From: Corallochytrium limacisporum Hawaii
Lineage: Eukaryota > Protista > Pluriformea
Reading direction: 5' to 3'
Assembly: GCA_002811645.1 (NCBI GenBank)
Contig: PDIP01000021.1
Span: 186,001-250,000, forward strand
DNA length: 64,000 nucleotides
Positions 29,648-40,791 of this stretch are shown here, in pieces. The notes below the pieces were generated by a model. That model made no database searches, was not told the origin of the DNA, and saw only the letters and a list, made by a program, of their open reading frames with translations. The first letter of the stretch is position 1, and every line of letters begins with the position of its first letter. A program made the position numbers and the translations under genes.

Positions 29648-32476
29648 ATGGGAGACAGTCGGATCAGCAGGGCTCGGTTCCGCTGGCAACTGTCCTTATA
29701 CGCATGGATATCTAGCGTCGTTGCAATTGCTATATACTTTCACTGCCGAGGCTTCTTATTGACAAGAACAGTGATTGATACAAAGACACCTCTGCGGATT
29801 GAGTGTCGATATCCCAATAGCGAAGCCGGTGACGACATAATCTGTCCAGCTGACGTTAAAGTCTTCGACCGCGTAGTCATCCTCCTTGTTGACGCTCTCA
29901 GGTACGATTTCTTAACCTCTACAGAAGAATCACCGAGCAGTTTCTTCCATGGGAAACTAAAAAAGACCCATGAGATCCTGAGGGCTTATCCGCAAAATGC
30001 CACTACGGCTCGATTTATTGCCGATGCACCAACCACAACACTTCAACGATTGAAGGCTTTAGTCACAGGGTCACTCCCAACCTTTGTTGACGCAGGTTCG
30101 AACTTTTCGGGAGATGTCATTGTAGAGGACAATATAGTAGATGTATTGCGCAGACACGGGAAACATGTGGTTCACATGGGAGATGATACATGGACAGCAC
30201 TGTTTGCACGTGAGGATTTCCACAAGAGTTTCTCGTATCCCAGTTTTGTCGTCAAAGATCTTGATACGGTCGATGATGGTTGCTTGGAACATCTTTGGGA
30301 CGAACTGGACATCGGCGACTTTGACCTCTTGGTATGTCATTTTGTCGGCATTGATCACTGCGGACACTGGCACGGCCCGTACCACCCGGAGATGGAGCGG
30401 AAACTTGTGCAAATGGATGGGATCATCTCGCAGACCATCGGCCACTTGAAACCATCAGATTTGCTGTTAGTATTCGGCGACCATGGCATGACCCGCACGG
30501 GTGATCACGGTGGAGAAAGTTGGGAAGAAGTCAGTGCAGGATTTTTGGCATACAGTCCAGGAGGCCTAGGGAACCACGTCCACGACAACCGCACCAAGGA
30601 GCTATACCAGACAGACATCGTCCCCACTTTGCTGCTCAGTTTAGGCCAGCCAATTCCCTTTAGTAGCATCGGACAGGTGTACCCGCCCCTACTGGTTCCG
30701 AAGTGTCCAGGTGACGGCAGATGTGATGAGAAATCCGATTTGGCGCGCCTGAGTCAGGCCTTGGCCTTGAACTTGGAGCAACAGTACGAATTCTTGACCG
30801 CTTACATTGCCGTCAGCACTGGGGAGGTTTACGAGGCCTTGCAATTGCACCGAGTCTTGATTCAAGAACTTTTAACTCGATACCAAAGCAAATCCATTTC
30901 GCCGCAAGCCTTCATTCAAGACGCTCAGATGATACTAGACAATCTCAGGAGCGACCTCGTTCAGATTTGGGCAACATTTGATCTCCGCAGCATGGAATTG
31001 GCCGCTCTAATCTTGTTTCTTACTGTAGTTTTCTTTATGCTTAGCATGCTCCCCGGGCTTGGTGATGACATTTCCGTTCCCCTGCAGCAATTTGCACAGA
31101 TTGTGGTCGGCTCTGTGGCGTTCGGTCTGGTCCTGTCCACCATACCCTCTACGGACACCACTGTCACAGAGGGAGCCTTACTGGGGTTTGGAATAGCTTC
31201 CCCCATCTACCTCATCTGTAAACAACTGGAGGTCATGTCACCTTTTTTCAATCCTTGGGCAGCGATGGGATCCCGATGGGGATGGGAGCGTCTGGATGCC
31301 AAGAGGCTGAATTTGTCCCTATTGGGATCTCTTTTCTTTGTCGTGGCGCTTGCGAAGCCACTCATGGTGACTTCAAACAGCTACATTATCAATGCGGACT
31401 CTATGGGGGCATTCCTCGTAACCACATATCTTCTGGTTCTTGCACTACACTGGTTTGTAACAAGAAAAAATCGTCACCGGTACGCCACTGCTCTTGTTCT
31501 CGGGGCTCTCTTAGTGAGAATCAGTCAGGAATACTTTCTCTGCCGTGAGGAGCAAGGCGGTTGTGACGAGAGTGCAGAACCAGAAAGTAGATTGGGGCCC
31601 TTTTTTGAACACTCGCTGTTCCTAGTGGCCGTTCTTAGTCTCTTAATCATGGAAACTAAAATGCGAGACGTCGTTCACAACCCTAAGCTGCCTACCTTCG
31701 CGAGAATTTATATCCTTGCTGTGTACACGGGGATCCTTGCGTTTTGGCTACTTCGTGAAGATGAGGCTGGTCTGGGCAGCACTTATCCTACGATCCCCCA
31801 TACTGTACGACAATGGATTGCTTTCAGCATTCTTGTCAGCGAACAGATCTTCATGGCCGGCATCATCCTATCTAGTATCGCAAATTGGGACGAGAAACCG
31901 TACAACGCCTCTGCAGAAGTGTTTTTCGCCGTTGCCAGGGATCTGGTGCTTCTTGGTGGCATCCAATATGGACCATCTGTAGTTCTTGTCACTACGGTCT
32001 GCGCGACGACGATCCCTGTACTTCCCAGCTTGCCACCGCTACTGACTGCAAGTGGTGGATTTTTGTTGATGCAGTGGATCATGTATGCTACTGGTCATCA
32101 AATGACTTTCAGTGCGATCAGATTCTGGACTGCATTCGTTGGTCTCGACGATGTCTACTTCTATGCCAGTGCGATCTTGATAATGTCTGATTACTACGCT
32201 GGAAGCTTACTAACACCCTGGTTGATTGCCAGCGCAGAGTGCCTCACCAAAACACAAAGCCCGAAAGACATTGCGCAGAAACGCAAGGAATCTGCACCGG
32301 CTCTGAGCGTCTTTGTCATGCTGCAGCTCGTTCAATTGCTTGCTGCATTCATCACCACTTATATTCAACGGCGGCATCTCATGCTTTGGAAAATCTTTGC
32401 ACCAATGTTCATAGCGGAAGGCCTTGGAACCGGAGTGCTGCTTCTCATGGTTCTTGTCACTTTGATTGTCGAATAG
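29648..32476 (+). CDS. PIGO: GPI ethanolamine phosphate transferase 3 (PIG-O/Gpi13)
   Basis: DALRYDF, ADAPTTTLQRLKALVTGSLPTFVDAGSNF, HFVGIDHCGH, GDHGMTRTGDHGG; multi-TM C-terminal half ending RRHLMLWKIFAP. Confidence 0.95.
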   Translation: MGDSRISRARFRWQLSLYAWISSVVAIAIYFHCRGFLLTRTVIDTKTPLRIECRYPNSEAGDDIICPADVKVFDRVVILLVDALRYDFLTSTEESPSSFFHGKLKKTHEILRAYPQNATTARFIADAPTTTLQRLKALVTGSLPTFVDAGSNFSGDVIVEDNIVDVLRRHGKHVVHMGDDTWTALFAREDFHKSFSYPSFVVKDLDTVDDGCLEHLWDELDIGDFDLLVCHFVGIDHCGHWHGPYHPEMERKLVQMDGIISQTIGHLKPSDLLLVFGDHGMTRTGDHGGESWEEVSAGFLAYSPGGLGNHVHDNRTKELYQTDIVPTLLLSLGQPIPFSSIGQVYPPLLVPKCPGDGRCDEKSDLARLSQALALNLEQQYEFLTAYIAVSTGEVYEALQLHRVLIQELLTRYQSKSISPQAFIQDAQMILDNLRSDLVQIWATFDLRSMELAALILFLTVVFFMLSMLPGLGDDISVPLQQFAQIVVGSVAFGLVLSTIPSTDTTVTEGALLGFGIASPIYLICKQLEVMSPFFNPWAAMGSRWGWERLDAKRLNLSLLGSLFFVVALAKPLMVTSNSYIINADSMGAFLVTTYLLVLALHWFVTRKNRHRYATALVLGALLVRISQEYFLCREEQGGCDESAEPESRLGPFFEHSLFLVAVLSLLIMETKMRDVVHNPKLPTFARIYILAVYTGILAFWLLREDEAGLGSTYPTIPHTVRQWIAFSILVSEQIFMAGIILSSIANWDEKPYNASAEVFFAVARDLVLLGGIQYGPSVVLVTTVCATTIPVLPSLPPLLTASGGFLLMQWIMYATGHQMTFSAIRFWTAFVGLDDVYFYASAILIMSDYYAGSLLTPWLIASAECLTKTQSPKDIAQKRKESAPALSVFVMLQLVQLLAAFITTYIQRRHLMLWKIFAPMFIAEGLGTGVLLLMVLVTLIVE

Positions 32477-32536
32477 AACAGTAAAGAAAAGTCAATGAAT
32501 TTAGTATACGTACATAACTAAAGGATCTGGTTCCGA

Positions 32537-33547
32537 CTACCGATGAATGTTCTCCAGGTCCGCGATCTCTGCCAGATCCTCCAAATCGTCTTCGGTAAAG
32601 TCCATTCGCTCAAGGAAGGCAAGTGCAACTCGTTCGGCAAAGTCTTTTCTCTGTTCGTCTGGCATACTTTCAGCCTTGGCACGCAGGTCAGACAGGTGCC
32701 CTAAGAGACCCTCAAACGTTCCATCATCGGGGCCAAATTCGGAATCGTCCAGCTCCCTAATGCGACCGATGGATGGCATCTCCTCTTCCTCCTCTCCATC
32801 TGCGTTTAAATTTCTTTCATGTGCCCGTGGAGCACGAGCGGTCGCTGGGTTCATGGCAGGCCACATATGGGCCTCGAGAGCCTCCAGCAAACGGTCGATA
32901 CCTTTACTTTCGTCGAATCCGTTGTCGTCGTTGCTTTCGCCATCCCCGGGCGACGGATTCCCTGCAACACCCGAGGAATCGATTTGCACAAATTCTGTCC
33001 CATTGCTGACGCACCACTGTATCCAGTGTTCAAAATCGTCTGTGGACTCTGGTATGTAGCTGACGTTGACCAGCATATTTATGTCAACTTCCCTATCTAA
33101 TGAGTCAAAGTGTTCCCTCCAAGTATTCAGCCAAGTGACGGTCTCCTGTGGATTTTCAGCCCTCGATTCACTATCAATGACGTAAATAACTGCTACAGGA
33201 GGATGTGGCAAGTCCGCCAAGACCTGCCGAGGTGTGCTCGTCTCCTTTGCTCTCGAGATGTATACATGTAGCCGTGCGTCATAGTACGAGTTACTCACAT
33301 AGTGATGCCCCAGGCGAACACTCTCCTTTGTTCCGTCTTCCATGAGTTTCTCAATTTCTGTAATGCTTTCTTTGGCACAGTCGTGAGGCACGCTGTCATG
33401 AGCTTTCATTGATCCAAGAATGGTTGAAAGATCAACAGCAACTTCGCCTTCTGCGGCTTGCGGCACGATTAGAACGATGTTCTCGTTCACGTCAAACATA
33501 CTAAGTTTGTAAAATTGTACCAACTTACTACAGGCTTCTATATTCAT
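32537..33547 (-). CDS. AAGAB: Alpha- and gamma-adaptin-binding protein p34
   Basis: SNSYYDARL, WCVSNGTEFV, ESKGIDRLLEALEAHMWP, and the C-terminal FEGLLGHLSDLRAKAESMPDEQRKDFAERVALAF. The start is either 33547 or 33499. Confidence 0.88.
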   Translation of the reverse strand: MNIEACSKLVQFYKLSMFDVNENIVLIVPQAAEGEVAVDLSTILGSMKAHDSVPHDCAKESITEIEKLMEDGTKESVRLGHHYVSNSYYDARLHVYISRAKETSTPRQVLADLPHPPVAVIYVIDSESRAENPQETVTWLNTWREHFDSLDREVDINMLVNVSYIPESTDDFEHWIQWCVSNGTEFVQIDSSGVAGNPSPGDGESNDDNGFDESKGIDRLLEALEAHMWPAMNPATARAPRAHERNLNADGEEEEEMPSIGRIRELDDSEFGPDDGTFEGLLGHLSDLRAKAESMPDEQRKDFAERVALAFLERMDFTEDDLEDLAEIADLENIHR

Positions 33548-34003
33548 CCCAAGCCTTCCGCTGTGGCACACATAAATTGCAATAATTAAAAGCCGGAAGT
33601 GGCTTCGTCGACCAAGCGCCTTCCAAATAGCCCACTGTCAAATTGGAAGGGAAGCAGGAAAACAGCCACGAACGTTCCTGGAGACCCACCAAACGCAGTT
33701 CGCAAGTTTTATTGATCAATCCGCACAGAAGCTAAATTCCGTCCTCCCAAAGCGGGCCCCAATGGTTCTGACTCGTTCCCTTTTTTAGCCAGCTGCCGCT
33801 TTCGAGTGGGGTTCCTGTAGGTCGGCCGGGTGGGTTGGCTTGAGCACGTTCGGACTGAGACTAAGTCAACCACCCGTTGGATCCGAGTGCGAGTTCCTTC
33901 GACAGGTACTTTTGGGCGGCGCTCACGGACACTATGGCAGTACCCCGCAGAGTCTGTCACGTTCCCCGTATAACTTTATTGTTGAATATGAGGTGTACCG
34001 GTA

Positions 34004-34930
34004 TTGATAGAACGCCGACAGCTTGATCTTTCGCTATGCTCCTCGAACGCTACGATGATAGCAAGGTCATTGGGGACGCAGGCGGGGTCATTGCATGGGC
34101 CCCCGATGGACATGTCAGTAGGGTGTACCTGGAAAAGTGGGCGAATACATTTTGAGGAGGCCTATACTATCCAAGGTAAGGAGTGGCAAGCCAGGAATGT
34201 GGCCGCGGAATCTACCGCCCATGGAAAAGTTGGCGTCACAGAGAATGGCGGCAAGGACATGCGTCATTCAGCAGATGCAGTGGCAAGAAGCACAGTGAAT
34301 CAGAACAGACCGCCGAGGAAGAGCTTGCAAAGGCGACTTCTCAGAGTTGAAGTGGGAGAATGTTTGGACTGAAACTGTTAAAGAGGACTGGATGAAGCAA
34401 ATCCCTCGCATTTCTATACACTCAATGTGGAGGAGGTAGAGGGTGGAGTTGAACCGGGAGAACTAACAGCAGAAGACGATGCCCAAATGGGCGCCACTGC
34501 TAACTCGGAGGCGACCGTCAGTGGGAGCCAACCGCCATCAAAGACTAGCTCACGGCAACAGTCTGCAGCACACACATCGACGCGCAGACCCCCGACGCGC
34601 AGACCCACTACACAGAGCAGCAAGGATGGTCTGCGGATAAATCTCATCGAATTCGTCATTCCGCAGCTTGTCATCACTGCCAGCGCAGCCCAAATGGAAG
34701 ATCCCGGGCCGCAGAGCATTGAGGTGCACGATGTAATATAGCGGCCAGCATCGGCACTAAAGGCTCTCACGAGTTTTGGCTACCCCTATCTTTGCAGAAC
34801 CGCGCCAGTATGGCCAAGCCGACCTGGACCAGCACGAAGTCCTTGTACGAACAGTTGGACAGCTGGATGACTGGTGTCTCGCACAACCCTGCGAACTGAG
34901 ATTTGAAGAACGGCAAAGGAGACCATAAAC
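34004..34930 (+). pseudogene. Possible degraded coding relic
   Basis: ORFs 34004-34372 and 34427-34741 share a frame and are separated by TGA and TAA. Composition is protein-like but no family was recognised. Confidence 0.25.
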
Positions 34931-35020
34931 TTTCTACAATGAAAAGTTAGCTTTCAGGTACTATATTCTTTTTAAGGAAATACTTATTAGAAATGGCGAT
35001 AAGACATCTGGGGAAGAGCA

Positions 35021-35941
35021 TTACTGTGCACGCATGGCAGAGCGCTTGCCAGTCAGCGCACTGAAACCGGACTTAATAGGAGCGACAGTACAGCTAGCAC
35101 CACAGGTCTCGCAGTGAAGGTAGTACAAACGATTTTCCTTCGTCAGGATAGTTTCTGGCGACTTGCAGGTATGACAAGTTACATACTCCAGAATGTACTT
35201 ACGCAAAACGTTCTCGATCTGCTTCTGTTGAAAGCGTCCCTTAATTACAAGAGAATTTGCGCCGTCCAAGTTACCGGTAGTACCCAATTCAGTTAGCAAG
35301 AAAGCTAGCAAATGATCGGGCTGACGATGCAGAGCTTTGCAGATTTCAGGGAAATTTGCAAACGCAGTCTTCTTGGCACCGACACGCACGACCTGAGGCG
35401 GCCGGAAGACTAACTTCTTCTTCTCACCAGCGACAAAGTCTGGATTCTTGCTCTTCATGATCTGGAAAACACGTTGCAACAGTTCATCGTATGTGTAGTC
35501 ACGGTCTGTTCCCGCCCAAGTGGTATCCATTTCATTGCCTACAGAATCATCAGCAGTCTTCTTCTTCTTCTTGCCGCTGCTGCCCTCTTCTTCATCATCC
35601 TCGAAGTAGAAGTCGTCCTCTTCGGCCTGAACACGCTTCTTCTGTTTCTTCTTTCTCTTTGGAAACTGGAAGTCTTTGTCCTCCAGGGTCACTTCAGGTA
35701 CACGTCCCTCTGCTTCCAGTTCCTCTTCTGTCAGGGGCTGCGTTTTCTTCTTCTTCTTCTTACCAAAGAGTTCCTGTGTCACAGGCTTTTGTGGAACCTC
35801 CTGAGGTTCCTCTACCTGAGTCTGCTGAACATCCTGAGTCTCATTTTCCAATTCGGCGTCGAGATCGTCAAGATTGGTCTTCTTCTTCTTTTTCTTCTTC
35901 TTCATAGAAGGATCAAACAGGGCCGGGGCCGGATCTGCCAT
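35021..35941 (-). CDS. EIF2S2: Translation initiation factor eIF2 subunit beta
   Basis: ATG at 35941. Poly-Lys boxes, [36 protein letters not shown], and zinc ribbon CHTC...CETCG. Confidence 0.97.
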   Translation of the reverse strand: MADPAPALFDPSMKKKKKKKKTNLDDLDAELENETQDVQQTQVEEPQEVPQKPVTQELFGKKKKKKTQPLTEEELEAEGRVPEVTLEDKDFQFPKRKKKQKKRVQAEEDDFYFEDDEEEGSSGKKKKKTADDSVGNEMDTTWAGTDRDYTYDELLQRVFQIMKSKNPDFVAGEKKKLVFRPPQVVRVGAKKTAFANFPEICKALHRQPDHLLAFLLTELGTTGNLDGANSLVIKGRFQQKQIENVLRKYILEYVTCHTCKSPETILTKENRLYYLHCETCGASCTVAPIKSGFSALTGKRSAMRAQ

Positions 35942-36674
35942 GGCGAATAGTCCAGGTATGTGAACTTTCTGGTCCTCGTGTTTTATTCCCGATAACAACA
36001 AGATGACGTGCGTTCAATGGCATGTAGTGTGCAATCTTTGAAGTAGCCTATAGCCTACAAGAGGAAAACTCATTGCGCTCTGCACGGTATGGCCAATCAT
36101 TGGTAAAATTGTGAATGGCACTAAGGAGAATCAACGGCCTAAAGATACAACACTAAACGACCTGTACCACGCGAAGTTCTCAAAATGCTCTTTCCGGTTC
36201 TCCTTTTCTCGCGAGCCCCAGTCCCCCCCCCTCCCCTCGGGGGGAGGCCCTTCCGTAGTCACATGGGCCGTTCGCGAATAGTATGGAATGGGGTCTCTTC
36301 GAGAATGAATGGGGTGAAAGGACCCCGACGTAGAGTACGCTCCACAGCCAATGTACCGCTCCCACTCTGGAATGCCTTCGATGGCTGGGTAGCTCGCAAG
36401 TCACAATAACCTCAACACCAAGAAAACAGAAGTACCATCAGGATGTTCTAGAAGTGGTGTAGAAACTGTAGAGCTAGTCAAATTGACAGCCAAGAGCGAA
36501 GTAGTTTACAAAATTATGTATAGTATTTATATATACGGAGCGCTTTTAAAATACACAACATTATTAGAATAACATTGCATTTTTGTATACCAGTGATCCA
36601 AACGAATCCCAGTACTGAATATATATCCAGTTTGCAACATGAGGCGTGGGGGCTGGTAGCATTTCTGATCGCCG

Positions 36675-39227
36675 TCAGCCCGCGGGCTGAACGTTCGCGA
36701 CAGGTGCACCACCTCCTGGTTGGTGGCGCTTTGTGTAGGTTTCCATGACAGTGTTGTAGCGATCATTTAAGCTTAACAAGATGTCCATAAAGTTCTCATC
36801 TCTGCATTGACGGATGGCGTTTGATAATTGAATCCGCCATTTCCCGCATTCCCCGTAGAGCTCTTCAAGCACTTGCCCAGCGTGTTCGTCTGACCCAGCT
36901 TCACGTATCATCTCGTCCAGAAGCTCGATGTGTTCGTGTGCTTGCTTTAAGGCAGCAGGCGTCAGAAGACCTGCACGGGGAGATAAACGAGGAGAGGTCT
37001 TCTTTCGATCAGCCGCTATAGCATGTTTTGGGCCAATGCGAGTTGGGCTAAGGTCCCGATTCGGTTTGGTCAGCAATCCCCCTGATGACGGCACTATAGT
37101 AGTCATGCCCTCGACATGGGGGAAGCCGTAACTCAGTACAAGCCCTTTCGAAGACTTGTCATGGGCCTCATCGACGTTACGATTACACAATGTCATAACC
37201 TCCTCCAGAAATTCCTTGCCGTACGGAGTGTCATTGCCCCCATCAGGATCTAAGCCCATGCTGAGGACGCTGTGGTTGCTCCGCATGGACACTGCGAGTG
37301 CCATGATACCCGCGGTCTGGATCTTATTTTGTCGCAGATCGACAGTTAGTAACGTCTTGTTTTCAGTCAAAGCCTCAGCAAAAGTTATTGCACCCTCAGG
37401 CCGCATTCCTGTGTCCATCAAGCGCAGAGTAGTGATAGTACGATTTCCGACAAGCGCGGTCTTCAACGACATGACTCCGGCTTCTGAGGACAGCTTGTTA
37501 CCGGACAAATCAAGGCATTCCAGAGATTTCGTTGCCATCAGAGCTCCTGAAAGAGATTGCATACCACGTACCCCGATCCCATTATCCCTCAAAGATACAC
37601 TTTTCAACCCCTCAAGGTTCGCAATTGCATCTGCCACAAACAAGACCCCCTCGTCTCTAAGCTGGTTGTGACTTAGGTCAAGATGTGTAACACTCAACAC
37701 CTTGCGCATGAGATTGCCGATAGCACGCCCATTACGGGGGCTGAAGCCATTGCGTTGTAACGACAAATGTGTTAGTATGTCACTGCGACGGCAGCCATTT
37801 GCAATGCTTTCCAGGGCCCCCGCTTGGTATAATGCACACCTCTCCAGCTTTACGCTATTGACTTGCGAGAGGCCCAAGGCTCTTGAGACTAGATTAATTC
37901 CCCGTGGCTCCATGGTGATTCCACTCAGGTTGATGTACCGAAGATTTGGGCATCTTGCCAAGGTGTTAGAAAATTCACGGTAGCACATGTCCCGCATTTG
38001 TGAATTGGAAATGTCCAAGTTTTCTACCGTGCGACGGTACTGCAAGACCTTAAACAACAGAATCAGCTTCTTATCATTGAACTGAGCTGCTGGTGTCGCA
38101 ATCGTCTTGAGACACGGATTGTTCAGCAGCACTTCGAAAACTGCTTCCCATTCCGCATCTTTCATCTTGCCCCGGTTCCAAATGAATGAGGTCATTTGCT
38201 TGCCATTCCTCATCGCGTGTTCAATTTGTCTCACTACTGCCATGTTGGGTGCTACGCCGAGGCGCTGTGTACTGTTCTTGTAGAGTATGAGAAGATCGAT
38301 AGGACTTGCCTTCCGCCGTTGCGAGGCTCCTTTCAGTGTTTCATCGTCGTTTTCAACGTGGTCTTCAGGCAGATTCCAAGTCACATTCTTCTTCTTAAAG
38401 CTGGACCGCACTTCAGAGACTTCATCGTTGTCCGACGATTCCTCATACTTGGATATCTTTGCTAGGGATGGCTTCGGATAGGTTGTGGTCAGTGACAAGC
38501 GTTTGTGCTTGGGGGCGCGATCGCTCTTGTGTGGCCGCCGACCATCAGAATCTCCGTCTGAGCTGTCATCTTCGGATCCTCTTTGATCCATTGTCTCTGT
38601 TGCACCAGTAACCGGTTGCTTTGTGTCGGCAAGATCAGCCTCGGCCAATTCATGAACAAGGTCTTCTACGGATTGACCCTTCCGTAAAACTTCTGCAGTG
38701 TCAAAATTTTCTGGGTCTACACTGATACTACCATCCTCAGCACGTTGCGGTTCCCATTCCTTCAAGTGGTCACCAGCTCCAAGGATCAGATCGCGTCGGC
38801 CCACATCCACCACATCCATTGTGTGGTGTTTTAAGGACTCTTCCTCCCGCTCATACTCCTGTTCCAATTCACTAATCTGTTTTGGGGGTGTTCCAACACC
38901 AAGATCATTCTTTTTCTCCTCACTAGTGGCCAGAAACTCATCAAATTCATTCATCAAGTTCTCTACAGGCTGTTTTCCATTTGACACGGGCGCACTTACT
39001 GCTCCTGGCAGCTGAAACCCAAGGTCACTGAGGTCTGAAGAGTCATCCTCATCATCCGTAGACTCATCGTCCTCCTCTCCAACTCGCTGCACCGGGTTCT
39101 CATCTGGCCATTTATCTCCCATGTAGATTTCAGACATCTGTGAACCCTGTGGCTGTTTGGGGGTGACAACTGTACTGGTTCCTTCCTCTTGTGTTTTGGC
39201 AACCATGTCGTCTAAAGAATTGTTCAT
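36675..39227 (-). CDS. PPP1R37/LRRC68-like RNI-type LRR protein with an RVxF motif and a C-terminal GAT-like domain
   Basis: KKNVTW (RVxF/W) precedes the LRRs; RNI-like repeats such as LDLSHNQLRDEG and VDLRQNKIQTAGIMALAVSM; helical GAT-like tail ELYGEC...LLSLNDRYN. Confidence 0.75.
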   Translation of the reverse strand: MNNSLDDMVAKTQEEGTSTVVTPKQPQGSQMSEIYMGDKWPDENPVQRVGEEDDESTDDEDDSSDLSDLGFQLPGAVSAPVSNGKQPVENLMNEFDEFLATSEEKKNDLGVGTPPKQISELEQEYEREEESLKHHTMDVVDVGRRDLILGAGDHLKEWEPQRAEDGSISVDPENFDTAEVLRKGQSVEDLVHELAEADLADTKQPVTGATETMDQRGSEDDSSDGDSDGRRPHKSDRAPKHKRLSLTTTYPKPSLAKISKYEESSDNDEVSEVRSSFKKKNVTWNLPEDHVENDDETLKGASQRRKASPIDLLILYKNSTQRLGVAPNMAVVRQIEHAMRNGKQMTSFIWNRGKMKDAEWEAVFEVLLNNPCLKTIATPAAQFNDKKLILLFKVLQYRRTVENLDISNSQMRDMCYREFSNTLARCPNLRYINLSGITMEPRGINLVSRALGLSQVNSVKLERCALYQAGALESIANGCRRSDILTHLSLQRNGFSPRNGRAIGNLMRKVLSVTHLDLSHNQLRDEGVLFVADAIANLEGLKSVSLRDNGIGVRGMQSLSGALMATKSLECLDLSGNKLSSEAGVMSLKTALVGNRTITTLRLMDTGMRPEGAITFAEALTENKTLLTVDLRQNKIQTAGIMALAVSMRSNHSVLSMGLDPDGGNDTPYGKEFLEEVMTLCNRNVDEAHDKSSKGLVLSYGFPHVEGMTTIVPSSGGLLTKPNRDLSPTRIGPKHAIAADRKKTSPRLSPRAGLLTPAALKQAHEHIELLDEMIREAGSDEHAGQVLEELYGECGKWRIQLSNAIRQCRDENFMDILLSLNDRYNTVMETYTKRHQPGGGAPVANVQPAG

Positions 39228-40791
39228 ATCTAGTCCTATCTACATGGACGAATTGGAGCCTGTCACTTCTAACGCCCTGCCATGAATCTGTGTGTCTTTG
39301 GGGCAATCCGGCGTCCAGCGTCCTTGTTGCTCGCGTGTGTTTCATTATATGTCAACACTTGCTCAGGCATGCGCATATACCGCATGGATCTTGAAATACG
39401 TCTATCATTTGTGCCGCCGTTGAGCAAAGAATGGCATTTCATGGCGCTTCAATGCCTAGGCCACACGTGCAGACGCTGTATCCTGCGCACCACCGATCCC
39501 CTCACTCCAACCCACGTATTGTGTTCTCCCTGCTGTGTCTTTCACCAGATCCGGCAACCGATAGACAGAGCTGCTCAACACAGAGAAGCCTATAGAACCA
39601 AATCCGAGCATCCCCCAACAAAAAGAAAATCAGCAATACCCGTCGTATGTTATAGAAAACATACGACCAATTTTTTCTCCACTTGGTCTGCAGGTTCGTC
39701 GCCCGCCCGCAGTCGGCCAGTGCACGCGAGCAGGAAATTACCCCAGCTCATTTGTGCTGATGTCTATGACTTTTGGCCGGCAGCGTTTCGAGTATGAGAC
39801 AGTGCCGGTGAAAGTTGGCATTGGTGCGCGCGTCCGGACCGCCCCCGGCTTCTGGTCGGGAGAAACAGCACTGGTCTCAGTCTTCAGCAGCGGAACGTGA
39901 GGGCGCATAAAAGTGAAAAATTTCCGTGTCAAACGCAGTACATTAATCATCAAAAGCAACAGGATTCGTCAGGTGACTAGGTTCGAAGGCTTTCCGGCTT
40001 GAGCGGATTGGTTCTGCGACGGGCTTTGCACTCAGCTCTGGTCCAACTTGATGAGGTCGGAACGTCATAGCCAGCCTGGACAGGAACGTCCTCTCTCACC
40101 CTCCCCACCTCCTTATCTCCGATGCCCCCTAACAAAAAACCCAGCTGGTGAAAACATAGGGTTCATGAACCGGGCGGAAAATTTCCCATAGGTTTTACAC
40201 AGTCGTAACAATGAATTCGGTGGAGATTGACGTAAAATTATCCGGGGCGAGGAGGCATGGAGGAGTCCCGCTGCCTCCTCCCCCTCCACCGTGGGGGGGA
40301 GGGGGAGGGGGGGCGCCCAGGGGACCAGGGAGGGGGTTGTCCCTTTGGTAGGGTAACTCACTCCCGGTGAGGATAACTGGGACCAGACAGAAGAGAGGGG
40401 ATTCAGGGGGGGAATGTGTCGATTGGGTGTTTGTTGGTGCGAGGCTATCAGAAATGGAGAGGGACTTGCTTTTCATAGTGAATGGCCCAGGCTAGAAGTG
40501 GTGAGTACATTCAGTATCCAGATCCACGGGATCCATTGCGTTTGAAAGGCGGGAAAATGCAATGCTCGAAACAACACCATTGGCACGGCCCCTACATACC
40601 AGGTGAGCCCGAGGATACGAGAAAGAGGAGCGTCGGTTCAGTACCTGTACAGGTACATGATGCTCCCAGCAGCTCGTCAACTTCTGACGTCAACATGAGT
40701 GGGATTAGTTTTTTACCGAATAGTGAAGACGGAATGTGACAGCCATGTGAAGTGATTCAACGGAACCGGGAACATACGGTAGATCGACAAA

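Noticed and set aside
1969-32476. PIG-U, ALG13 and PIG-O as an ER glycosylation/GPI gene cluster
   Set aside because: They are 6-20 kb apart with many unrelated genes between them, which is compatible with chance.
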